40,637 nucleotides of DNA from Dirinaria sp. TL-2023a (GCA_051941275.1 JAVEBF010000045.1:1-40637), one strand, 5' to 3'. Numbered from the stretch's first letter, positions 13,627 to 24,949 are shown. Notes: a model not told the origin generated them from the sequence alone. Translations and numbers: made by a program.

Positions 13627-14085
13627 CTAGGCTTTTAGGGCATCATGACCCCAGTTCTTCAAAGATTTGTAACTTTTGCTCTCCGTATCCTGCTTAGCTT
13701 TCTCTTCCTGAGCTAGGTGCCTCTTGTTGTAACTAACAACCTTCCGCATGTGAGGGATGTCTTCCTCGTCGTATTTCCCCGGATCTTTGTTCGGATTCTT
13801 CCTCAAGATTTCAATAATTTTGCGACCACTATCGAGGTCAACCGACAAGTGGCGGGTAGTCTGTGCTGTACAAGAATTTACCTCTCATGCCCAACTGTCT
13901 CTCCCGAATCGTCATCTTTACTCCAACCAGACGTTTGCGATTGCTCTTCTTTGAGCCACGCTTCCAGCTCGTCGGCTGTCATATTGACGAGCTCGCCGAA
14001 TTCCCTATCCGTTGCTGTGAATACAGTATTGAAGTAAAAACGACCAACAAACATACTCAATAACAGTCTGGTCATCTTTGACCAT
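13627..14085 (-). CDS. DUF3140-family small protein (putative DNA-binding; bacterial and fungal members); 3 exons
   Basis: Spliced MVKDDQTVIEEFGELVNMTADELEAWL...GETVGHESGRKIIEIL...HMRKVVSYNKRHLAQ...SLKNWGHDALKA*; VNMT..EL..WL, GHESGR, HMRKVV and SLxNWGHD are family hallmarks. Confidence 0.88.
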
Positions 14086-14813
14086 CTTTATGAAATGCGC
14101 TCGGGTTCTGCTGATGCTGGACTTCTTCTAATCGTGCGAGACACTCTTAATCGGGAATCGAAACGAAGAAGTCAAAGACAGCTTCCATGAAGAAGACGCT
14201 TTATGGTGGTCGAGGTCAAAGGGAAAGCTATGACATCATCATTCCTACCTAGCAAAGTTGCCGCTTCTGTCACCTCCCTTCGTTCTATCTAGAGCAGTAG
14301 CCATTAATATTTGCCCATCGGCTGATGATCTTAGCATCGTCCATCACGACGTAACATAATCACCACAGCGCGCTGAGGTGAAATGACAGACGTGGCCAAT
14401 ACCGAACCAACATTTTGAGTCCGGCACCATTAATTGATCATATAGGGTTGATACTGCTGAGGTGTTGTTCTGAAGGCTAGGACGTGTTCTTGTATGATCT
14501 TGCCTTACAGAAATGGGGCTGAAGAACGCAGGAGCCCTGTGATCTGTGTAAACTGCTTCGACGAATGACGAGTCGACACGTTCTCGCGCCCTCCTGACCG
14601 TGAACTCGCCAAGAGTGCGGATTGGCCAGTAAACCTGTGACACTGCTTGCTTTTGTCTTCATAGGAGGTCGATGAAGCGATGCTGTACAGTCCCTTCCTC
14701 GCGCACAATGACGTCCCCCCACGTCCTCTTCAAAATGATTGAATAATGTGTACAGTAAGTACATCAAGTCATGTACCTCTAATATCAAATCTCCGCGAAG
14801 GCGCGCTTGAAGT

Positions 14814-14850
14814 GCGCCAAAGAGGAGCGCCAAGAGGAGCGCCAAGATGA
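14814..14850. repeat. Short ~12-bp tandem repeat (GCGCCAAGAGGA x3) in the DUF3140/Msb1 divergent intergenic region
   Basis: gcgccaaagagga gcgccaagagga gcgccaagatga. Confidence 0.75.
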
Positions 14851-15496
14851 TTGACGACCTTACCTCTGTATGTGCCACTCGGGGCGGGGGTTGCTGCAGC
14901 TCTGCAGGTAACGCGCTAAGACGTCTAGCAGCCAACTAGCAGTAGCTGCTGGGAAGCCTGGGAGCGGCCCCTCGGCGCGTTGACCCCTGTCTGGCCGGGT
15001 TTTCGATCACCGTCACATCTGTGCGTCTGGGATAATTTCACTAATGCTCCCCTGAAATAATTAAGGTACTGACTTTACTTATCTTCATATTAATGCCTCC
15101 ACATGGCACGCTTGGACATTTCACAGCGCTAATCAAATCACCAGCAAAAGAAAAATCCCCATCATCAAAAACATCAAAACATCAATCCATCCTCTCTTGC
15201 TTGTCACCCTTCCCTCATGGCCGGCTTCATCATTCTCGCACTTCCCGTAGAAGATCTTCCGTGATCTGCATTGTGCTGGCACCCGTTCCCCTATTTGTAT
15301 TCTCGCCCGGGTGATTTTCTTGAATCAGTTCACTAATCCCTGGCCCATCCAGGCTCGCTTCGATTAAGTCGCATTGACCGCGAATACTGCGCGCCTCGTT
15401 TCTTCTCCAGCATCAGGCAGCTCAAGGTCCGCAGCGCCGATGCCCACCACGCCCGCTTTAATCTACTAAGCGAATTGGAGCGTACCCTGCTCAAAA

Positions 15497-18400
15497 ATGC
15501 CATTCTTTTCCAGAGTATTCAAAAGCAAGGATGGCGGGGCTCCCAAATCGAAGACAAAATCCAAGAAGCAATCGTTCCAGTCTGAGCCCGTACCAGCACT
15601 ACCGACGAAACCGAAGTGGGATGACGCCTGGTCGAGAAAAGATGTGGAGCCCGAAGAGGTCCAGGAGTTGCTGCGAGCTTGTACGACTGAGTTGAAGTCA
15701 CGAGGTGAGATATATGGCGTCCTACTTTACTACGAGAGTCCAAATAACTAACTAGCCACTCGTTCGTAGCACTGGACATGCCTTTCCTCCTGCTCCCTTT
15801 CCGACCAACTTCAGATCCCAGCGCCGCGCGAACATTCATCCGCAATTACTTTGACGCAAGCAAGGGGCCTCAACTTCAAGGAGAAAGCCTTAGACAAGAG
15901 CTGATGTTGACAGAGCCAATGGTGAGTACGGGCCTCTGCAGAAGTGAAGTGAAGCTAAGATCATCAGGTCCTCAGTAGCGTCCTGAAATGGTGCTGGAGT
16001 CGTCTACCAGGAGGCGTTGTCACTTGGGAGGCATACGAGCTTTTTCGAATTGGTGAACAAGGTACGACACGGGTTATAGGATTCGCTGAGTGTCTCTAAC
16101 GTCCAAGTCCAGACTCAGATATGGCTCGCGATGCGTTTGCTACCTTCGTTCCTATCAGCGTCGAATCAGACGCTCGAACCAAAATCGTCTTTGATTTCTT
16201 CGACCTCATGGCTGCAATTGCTGCGCACGGGAAAACTAATGGTATGAGCGGGAGGAAGCTATCAAGATTAGCTGGATGGTGGGCTTTCGAACATCTTGAT
16301 ACTGGCAATGGCTTTGATGGAGGCTACAAGTCGTGGACATCGTAAGTCCCTGCATTTGGTCTGAGACGAACCACACTGATTGAATAGTGCCGCGGACGCC
16401 ACCAGTCACCTGTTTTTCGCGTATCTCCGCTCCTTATCACCAGACTCCGTTCGAGGTGTCAACGGCATCTCCGCGCTACCGCTCTCCCTGCAAAACCTGG
16501 TCCAAGCCACTGAATACCCCCCAGCGCAACCTCCACTTAATACGACGTCGAAGGTGGTCATGATCGTAGATTCCGTATCCCCTACACCTTTCGCTCTACT
16601 ACGTCGAGCTAAACACTTCGAATATCGAGAGGACGACGAAGCCTTGCAGCAATTTTCTGATTACGATGATCCCGTGCAAGCTTTGACCGATGAGTGTAGG
16701 CGGGTTCTAAAGAGTATCTCTTCGATCAACCAGTCTACTGTGTCTACGTCGAAAGCTTCTACAAGCCTGCCAGATGCATCGTGGTCTCGTTTCGAAGACA
16801 TCGGCTTCGGAGGCTTTGGTGAATATTCGGATAACGAAGATGATGCTGAGGACTCCGCTTTTGGTAAAAAGCGAAGGCCACAAGGTATGAGGTCTGCACC
16901 GCAGTCTAAAAATGATTACGGCCGTCCAACAACGCCCTCATGGGCCGATTTCTTGTCGTCTGGATTTGTGGATGAGCCGAGTAGTCCTGGGCCTCCTCTT
17001 TTGTCATTGCCTCCAGACAAGGTGCTGCCACCAATCGACACGAAACGTGGACATAGCTCGCAGTCCCACCGCCCCGCGCAAGTTAAGGAAGACCTCGAGC
17101 CTGGAGAACTCGCCAGTATTAACGGTATCTACCTCGAAGATGCCTTCTGGTGGGTTTGGATCAGCAGTCTTGCAGGGGAGGAGCCAACAGAGCGTAAAGC
17201 CGTCTTTGGGCGCTGCGCCTTGATCGAGACCAGTATCCGGGGCGGTACTTGGTTAGTCATCGAAGAGATGGTCAAAGGCGCTGCCCCAGAACCCGAGGTG
17301 GGAGCTTATATCGCGGAGAAGAAGAGCCGATTCGGTTTTAGCAAGAAGAATCGGCTCAATCGGACGATGACCAAGAAAGCCCCCCCGCCCAAGATTGAGC
17401 CTTACCCAAGGAGCACACAAGATTCACCAATGAGCAAGACCAGCATCGGCCCCGACCAACACGCACGTATTCAAGCAGCAGCGGCGGCTTTAAAGCAAAA
17501 GGACGAGGATAACGACATTACCCCACGCAGAGCTCGCAATGGGGATGCTATGTCTAGTAAGACGAATAGTGTGTTCACACTTCAACCCGTCATCATGAAT
17601 GAAGCAGCGTCAGCTTTGAAGTGGGCCAACAGCTACGACAAGAATTCTATTCGTGCAGCCTATCTTGGAAATAACTTTACTGGAAAGGGAACCCCTACAG
17701 ACTCTGGTTCAAAGAACCTGGTTAGTGGGAATGGATCTTTGACGCCTGTTCCTCCCAAAGATATGCCAAAGTCCGAGTCTTATAATTTCCCGGAGCAGAA
17801 CGCACTTCCACGCAAAGAGTCAAACCTAGTCCAGGAGAATGAGCGAGGTCTACCGGCCTTACCTCCAGAGACACCCAAGGAACAGTCGGCCTTAGAAAAC
17901 GGCCAGCAAGCACCAGCTGAAGCTCCGCCATTGCCCGAAAACCAACCTCCGCCTTTACCTGCTGCAACCAATGAACACCCGTCGGAGAGGGCGGTGGATG
18001 AGGCTTCGGAGGTACCTTTACCAAAAGAATATCCGCGCCCAATGGAGACTGCAGAGCCTCAGGAACACCAATTGACAAGCACGCTAAGCCGCGAGTCACA
18101 AGTGAATGGGGCGGCCTGGCCCTCACCTGAGAGCAAGAGGAGCAAAAAACTGCAGAAGAACAATCGTAGGGGTATCAAATCGTTATTCGCGAAGAAACCG
18201 TTGCCGCCTTCGCCTCAACAGCCTGTTGACAGCGCCGCCGTCGCTGCCGCTCGCGCGGCTTATCCAGGCCCTCAGATGAAGGCGAATTTTACTAACTCCC
18301 AGACTACGCTCAGCCGTCGCTTCTCTGCCATCGGAAGGAAAAAGTCTCCCGCTCCTCCAATGCCTTCGCCTGCGCCTCCACCTATCAAGGATGAGCTTGA

Positions 18401-18964
18401 GTCTGCAGCGATGCAGTATGACCCACCGCAGGATTACGAAGAACCAGCACCGCAGAACTACGAATCTCAAGCGAGCCTAAGCCGTGTTGATATGAATGAG
18501 CAACGTCAGCCCAATCGGGAATCCAACAACTTTGAGCAGCCGGAGCACGTGTTCAACCAAGGGCCAATGACTGATGAGCCGGCTTTTGTGCCTGAGGATT
18601 CTCCGGAGCGTGCTACTACCCCTTTAGAAGGCAGCCGGCCTTCCTACGATGTTAGCTCGGTGTCGGACGATTCGCGGCCACCGTCGCCTGCGAAGGATCG
18701 TTGGGCTCAGATCAGGAAAAACGCTGCGGAGAGGGCGGCGAGACATAGCGAAGAGCAGTCACGTAAGCAAAGCGAGGAACACTCCAGAGTCAGCCATAGG
18801 GATACAGATGATGGGGAGAGCGATGCGGGGCCTGAAGAGAGTAAGTTAGGATTACCATGGTCGCGTCGATCTGCTAACACAGTGTAGCTATCGAGTCCCG
18901 AGTGGCACGTATCAAGGCCCGCGTGGCCGAGTTAACTGGGAACATGGAGGCCAATCGTGCTTGA
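15497..18964 (+). CDS. Msb1/Mug8-like morphogenesis protein (N-terminal RhoGAP-like DUF1708 region); multi-exon
   Basis: MPFFSRVF..., ELKSR|ALDMPFLLLPFRP, VLKWCWSRLPGGVVTWEAYELF, IAAHGKTNGMSGRKLSRLAGWWAFE, AADATSHLFFAYLRS, RPTTPSWADFLSSGF, DAFWWVWISSLAGEEP; last exon TIESRVARIKARVAELTGNMEANRA* (TGA 18962-18964). Confidence 0.87.
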
Positions 18965-19947
18965 AAATTATTTCCTTACTGTACACACATTTGCGACCCA
19001 AGCTTTCTTTTACATCAAGATACCCGGTTGCTTTTGTCCCCTTCAGAATGATACCACCTTCTCCGGCCATTTTTTATTTTATGCGCACACTGCAATCCCT
19101 GCACTGGCACCAGCAGGTCTCGGGGAGGGTGGGGGCATATTTGCTCTAGCTCTCTACTATTCTACCCCTTTGCCAGGGGCCTAATGTAATTGAGATAGCC
19201 GTTGCTGAGCGACGGTCGCTTTGCCTAGGTTCGATGTATAGATGGAGGGGCCATGTAATAGAATTCAAACATCAGATTCTATTTCTACCAAATTCGTCGC
19301 TGTGTGATCGATCACATTGCACGCAATTTTTTCCGCTCTCGCATTGCTTGAACAGGCGTGGAAAGGCTTCATCACTGGACTGCAAGAAAAGCGGGCACAG
19401 CTCCTACCAGAACTAAGGTAACTAACGATGATTCAAAAATCTGACACACCACTACCGTGAACATATACCGACTTCATACTATCAGATAGACAAGGGAAAG
19501 AGCCGTAGAGTGTAGAAGCACCCTTGACCACTAGCTCTCTTAATACTCGTCCATCGTTCGTTCCTCCTAGAGTAATACAAAACGAAGAGATCGACTCCAC
19601 GATACTTTAAGGTCTCAAAATGCGATCACCAGAGTTCTATCTTTGTATACGGAGTGCCAACGTACGGTAGGTACCCTCCCTCCAATCCACCCTTTAAAAC
19701 CCCTTCGAGTGCAAATGCCATTCCACCACGCCAGTATTAATGAATAGCTGCGATCAACCAACCGATTGAAAGGGGAATTCTGCAAGCTTGAGGAGATTCG
19801 TTATTGCATACTTTTAAGTGCTATTGTAGATATAGAAATCACACCTAATCTTCATAAAGATCTTGAACGCAAGAAAAAAAAATAGAGATTGTATTTAAGG
19901 TCTGGGAAAGAGGATAGGGGTAAAAATATGGAATGTGGGGAGATACC

Positions 19948-19952
19948 AAAAA
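19948..19952 (-). terminator. RNA polymerase III oligo-T terminator of tRNA-Lys
   Basis: TTTTT on the minus strand ~16 nt downstream of the tRNA 3' end. Confidence 0.7.
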
Positions 19953-19967
19953 GGAGATCTGATTTTG

Positions 19968-20054
19968 AGCCGAAGGCGGGGCTCGAACCCGCGACCTTGA
20001 GGTTATCTCTTGCAACTTAAGAGCCACACGCTCTACCGATTGAGCTACCCCGGC
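19968..20054 (-). tRNA. tRNA-Lys (anticodon CTT) with 14-nt intron at 20004-20017
   Basis: Minus strand reads GCCGGGG TAGCTCAATCGGTAGAGCG TGTGG CTCTTA[agttgcaagagata]A CCTCA AGGTC GCGGG TTCGAGC CCCGC CTTCGGC T. Acceptor, D and T arms pair, A and B boxes are present, and the intron is at the canonical 37/38 position. Confidence 0.93.
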
Positions 20055-20568
20055 AGCAATACTCAGTTGTCGCTATTAAAAACTGTATACATATTTTTGA
20101 ACCAAGACCAACAAATTTGTAGTTTAGTTTCTCCAAGTATCCCATCTACTCAACATCAAATTTATCGCACAACTTTACATCACCAGTTTCTCTCTTTTTG
20201 ATTCCTGTGGACTCCTAGTTGGCTTACATTCAATCAAGAACGATCAATATGCCTTTTCAAAGTATCCTTCTATGTAGGTATGTAGACAAGGTGTCCGGGG
20301 ATCACATCCCCCCGACCTCTCAACAATTATTAAATTTTTATTCTGGGATTTTGTCTCCGGATTTAGAACGTTGGGATTTCTGCCGTACTTTGTTTCATAC
20401 AATGAGTCAGAAGCAATTTCTTCATTGCATTTGCTATTCCTTCAGAAAATGTAGGTCGAGCAATGAGTAAGTACTAAACGATGCTATTCTACAAATGGCT
20501 TCTAATCAAGAGATTGTGTGAAAAACCCATCCCATTCCCTACCTTAATCCCCGCCACCCAAAAAACCT

Positions 20569-21518
20569 CTAAAAACACGGCCCTTGAATCAATCCCTGTT
20601 CCCAATTCCCACCCAAAACATCCTCCATCAACATCTCCCCGGATTCCATGTGCCCATGAGGACAAACCTCGGTCTTCTGTCTCTCGGCCACTCCCTCGCT
20701 GCCATGATGGATCATCATGGAACAGTACTGAGTCGAGAGGTCCCAGCTCGCAAGGACGCAGTCCTTCATCGAGTAATGGCACAGGGTGCAGCAGAAGTAG
20801 CCGGACGAGGCCGTCGCATTTTGGTAATGGAACCCGACTTGACCCCAGGGAACAGCACGGACGAATCTGTGGGTGGTGCCGCTGCTGCATGCTGCGGGAG
20901 ACCGGATTGTTAGCAGCGGAAAGATGGAGAGTGGGATATGGGAAGGAGGGAATAAATACCATCAGGATGAGCAGCACCCGTGGTGTTGGCGGGGGTCGTG
21001 CTGCTGTGGGTTGGTGATGCGGTGGTGGACGAGGCAGTGGTCACCATGGTGGTTTTGGAGGGAGCCGTGCTGCTTTGGGGTGGTGTGGTGGTGGGCGAGG
21101 CAACACTCACGGTGACGGTTTTGGAGGAGGCCGTGCTGCTGTGGGGTGTTGCGGTGGTGGGCGGGGCAACGGTCACCGTGACGGTTTCGGCAGGGGCCGT
21201 GCTACTGGGCGGTGGTGCGGTGGTAGACGAGGCAACGGTCACCGTGACGGTTTCGGCGGGGGGCGTGCTACTGTGGGGAGGTGCGGTGGTGGACGAAGCA
21301 GCGGTCACCGTTACGGTTTCGGTGAGAGCCATGCCATCGAGAGATGATGAGATGACTGGTATGATTGGCATGGTAGTTATCACCGTAGTAATGTCCGTGG
21401 GAGTATTGTAGGGTAACAAGATCGTGAGCATGGTAGCGGTCACTGTGGCTTTGGCGGGGGCCGCGACCGTTAAGCCGGTGAGGAAGCTGACGATGATGAG
21501 GACGAGAATGGAGTTCAT
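20569..21518 (-). CDS. Secreted Thr/Ser/Pro-rich tandem-repeat (mucin-like) protein with C-terminal Cys-rich PAN/apple-like domain; exons 21518-20960 and 20891-20569
   Basis: Signal peptide MNSILVLIIVSFLTGLTVAAP; 22-aa repeats; intron 20892-20959 (GTATTT...GCTAAC...CAG) joins in frame to ACSSG...GYFCCTLCHYSMKDCVLASWDLSTQYCSMM...VCPHG...LIQGPCF*. Confidence 0.82.
20985..21323 (-). repeat. Coding minisatellite, 66-bp unit x ~5 (ETVTVTxASSTTAPPxSSTxPA)
   Basis: Repeated acggtcaccgtgacggtttcggc...gccgtgctactg blocks at 66-nt spacing. Confidence 0.9.
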
Positions 21519-21547
21519 CTTAATAGTGGTGGTGTAGGAAGCTAGAT

Positions 21548-21625
21548 GAAGTTAGGAGCAAGAAGGAAGTTAGGAACAAGAAGGACGAAGTTAGGAACAA
21601 GAAGGATGAAGTTAGGAACAAGAAG
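21548..21625. repeat. 18-21 bp tandem repeat x4 (GAAGTTAGGAACAAGAAG) in the probable 5' UTR of the mucin-like gene
   Basis: Copies start at 21548, 21566, 21587 and 21608. Confidence 0.88.
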
Positions 21626-21726
21626 TTATAGATTATGGAAGGATGCTTGATAGTTTGAGAGGCAGTAAGGTATGATATAGTTTAAAATCTTGATGATTTC
21701 TGAAGATATGAGCGGTCTTGCCTTGC

Positions 21727-21734
21727 TTTATATA
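21727..21734 (-). promoter_or_regulatory. TATA box of the mucin-like gene
   Basis: TATATAAA on the minus strand, ~210 bp upstream of ATG 21518. Confidence 0.55.
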
Positions 21735-21754
21735 CGGTACAGCCGTGGCAAAAA

Positions 21755-22038
21755 GGCTCAGAAAGGAACACTCAACAATAAGCAATTTTTTGTTGGAGTG
21801 ATTTGCCACAAGAAGCCTCAATCGGACTAAAGCTCTCAACCGCAGCATTTGGGTGACTGAAGACCGAGGCTAGAAGAAAAGTGGAATTTGGCTTAGGAAG
21901 GAACACTCAACAATAAGCAATTTTTTGGAGTGATTTGCCACAAGAAGCCCCAATCGGCCCAACAAGCTCTCAACCGCAGGATTTGAGAGACCTTAATCGA
22001 GTGACTTCAAAGAAAGAGGCCAGAAAAGTGAAATTTTT
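21755..22038. repeat. ~135-bp tandem duplication upstream of the mucin-like gene
   Basis: aaggaacactcaacaataagcaatttttt(gt)tggagtgatttgccacaagaagcc..aatcgg....aagctctcaaccgcag.atttg occurs at ~21763 and ~21898. Confidence 0.9.
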
Positions 22039-22935
22039 TTCATGAGTCCTCAATAATCTGGCAATACTGAGACTGCTTGATTTGTTTCCCGCAATCCCTG
22101 CTTGGAGGCATGGACCAGGATTCAGAAGAAGATTCAAACCTTTCAGTCCTCAAGCTTCATAGCATTCTGTCTCCTCGCACTCTTCTTTACCAATGAATCA
22201 ATATTCTAACAGGCCGGCCAAGGGATGTTAGCATTCATGCTTGTCGGGGCACGAGATAAATAGCGCTCTCTTGAGCAGGGTGAATATTTCTTCACTGTTC
22301 TGCATTCCTGGAGAAAACACTAAGAACCCTTGTGTCTCTGCCAGATTCGTTGTAACTAAGCTTTTAGCCATGCTTGAATGGCCAAAGGATTGCTTGAGTG
22401 TCTCCGACGTTCGCCAAAATGCGCTCGCGATATTAGCGTTGCTTCATGATGAGATATTGCATCGGTCATAATTATTGCTGCCCACGCCGCCCTCCCCACT
22501 TATTGTTTTCCATCTATCAATGCCTCTCTCAAAAAATTTTTTCTCTAACACCTTCAACCTGCTTTAACGGTTTGCCTATTTGACGATGGCACGTGCGTGG
22601 TGAAATCAGTTCATCGTCATCTCGTGAAATCATCGTTGCTTGAAACTCGCACTCTGTCAGAGCAAGAGATCGATAGATCTTAAGCTCGAGGCATCAAAGA
22701 GATCGGATGCATTATCACCCGAGAATGAGTAGTAGTTCGTGGGGAAGGGTGGTATGCCAGTAGAGTAGGGTGGTGTGGCGGCAGTGGGATCCTGATTATC
22801 ATGTTCAGCGTGGCTTTGAGGCATCAGAACATTTATTGAGCAAAGTGCGATATTGTCGCTATTTTGAGTGCCCGAAGAAAATACTAAGGTAAGTTTCTAG
22901 GGTGTCCAAACTAATGGGCGCGGGATATCGCTGCT

Positions 22936-24573
22936 TTACTTCTTGCCGAAATAATTCATCAAATTATTTTTCTGAGGCTTTGCAACTTCCTTCTTCTGTT
23001 TGGCTGGACTTCCCCCCTGCACAGGGTCAGGTTTTTCTCCGATCTTCATCAAAGCCATAAGCTCCTCGAATGCTGCAGCTGGGACAATGCCTCCCGAGGC
23101 TTCTTTGTGTCCTCTAGCAAAGCTCTGGCCCATTCTTTCGACTAAACCAGTAGTGTCGAGATCTGCGACAGCCTTTAGAGACTCAATGGTATTGACAGGT
23201 GAGTCCCTGGACTGTGCTGAGCGAGCTATACGGCATGAAAAGTTCACCATGCCAGGCAAGTAGCCCGTGTTCGCCACCAGGACGATTTCAAGGGTCTTTG
23301 AACTTAGGTGGCCAGCCTATTTGACGTTATTCTGAATCCTATCGCGCTACCTTGAGTGACACATACCCATCTTGTAGCGATGACTGGATGTACTTGAGCA
23401 GCGCTATGTATTCGCAGTACTGCGATCTTCCCGTCTTTGCTGAATTTTGGTGGGGCGTGTGTATGTTTTTCCACCTCGTCGTTGATCTCGGCGCGCGCAG
23501 CTAGTAACCTCTTGTTGGTTAAAAGTTCTTTTGGGTTCTTCGCGTCTAGCAGAGCCTCCCAGGCTGATACCACGTCATACTTCGATGTCCTCCTGGCTGG
23601 ATGATATGAGCTCTGCCTTAAAGCTTCCATATTCATGACACTTACGAGCATTAATGAGAGATACAGCGTCATTGATAGACTTTTTAGTATACGTCTTGAA
23701 AACCTCGATCATATCCGGAAATGGGGGCTTCCACTTCAGTGTGGTACCGAGGTCACCGTGAGTACCCATGGCACACAAGTAACCGCAGGATGTCTCGATA
23801 TCAGCATGCAAGGTTTTGCATATCTCATAAGTTAACAGAGACGAGGTGGCGACAGGCGGATAATGACAGGCAGACACTACCTACAAGGGTGTAAGCAAAG
23901 CACGCTGAACGATCTGCCAATAATACCATTGCGTCCTTTGGGAATTCGTCGCTTAGATGGTGATCAATTATCAATGCTTCAATCTCCGGAGAATCTACTA
24001 TTGGCGGAGCGGCAATGCTGCCTTGATCGACGACAATAATGTACTTTGGTTCTCTAGCTTTCATCGCTGCCCTCTCTTCTTCGGAATGGACAGTAGCTCC
24101 CTTCTGAATTAAATGCACATCAATCAATGATGGTGATAAGCCTAGAGCTGTAAGGGTTCTGTGGATAATGACGCCAGCGTCAAGACCATCTGCATCTTTA
24201 TCTGGAACTATCAAAGTCCTCCCAGAAGACGTGGCACTTGCTGAAGTTAGCATTGTCATGTTTTAAGATCTCTGACTGACCATTGTTTAAGGAATTCGCG
24301 AGCGTTCTCTATTGCCTCAGAAGGCGCTGGCCAAATGTTCGAGCCATCATTGTTAGTCAAACATGGTGCATCGCAATAATCTGACTCTGGTTCCCTACTG
24401 CGCTGCTTTTTGTTGGCCTTTGTTGACAAGCCTGAAACAGGTGCACGTCTCTTCATCGTCCGTGCTCCTATTGCGCGACGTTGTACTCTCCAAAGTTGCA
24501 ATGACCTAAAGGCGCCAATTGGAGTGAGGAGCAACGATGCCTTCCAACGTGCACACTGTGAAAGCAGATTCAT
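22936..24573 (-). CDS. DHH/DHHA1 family phosphoesterase (RecJ-like putative nuclease); multi-exon; second in-frame ATG at 24456
   Basis: Motif I IVPDKDADG, motif II IIVVDQGS, motif III LIIDHH, motif IV MGTHGDLG; DHHA1-like C-terminal VNFSCR...ARGHKEASGG; exons separated by short GT-AG introns. Confidence 0.88.
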
Positions 24574-24703
24574 ACAACGATATTATGATCCTTAAAGATC
24601 TTCTTACTAGCCTCATAAAAGATCCCAATTGGACCGCCTCAACTAATAAGCACCTCAAATTGAACTGAACTATGAAAAGCGGACCAGCTGGCCTGGTAAG
24701 AAG

Positions 24704-24758
24704 GTGCTACTCACTTGTACCTTACTTGCAGTACCACCGCAATTTAATATAGAATGAG
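24704..24758 (+). repeat. Left copy of an imperfect direct repeat flanking the NLR/effector block
   Basis: gtgctactcacttgtaccttacttgcagtaccaccgcaatttaatatagaatgag; aligns with 33175-33235. Confidence 0.7.
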
Positions 24759-24949
24759 AGCTTCTTGGTGTCAGATGGACGATCCTAACGAAATGCTACG
24801 GGACAGAAGTGTACGAGTGCCAAGAAATGCCAAGCCATCAGATAAGATTCTCTATCTCATGAATCGGGTTTGTCAACGCCATTTCCCTTCCCTTGACATG
24901 AAGTTCTAATTAACTTCAGAACATTAGCTGCGTGGAATATGCTGATGTA

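Noticed and set aside
20481..21411. Plus-strand ORFs (178, 143 and 109 aa) and the alternative minus-strand ORF 20489-20977
   Set aside because: Antisense or alternative-frame shadows of the spliced mucin-like gene.
20910..21518. Repeat protein as a KEX2-processed peptide (KEP/dikaritin) precursor
   Set aside because: The repeats lack KR/RR cleavage sites and are Thr/Ser/Pro mucin-like.
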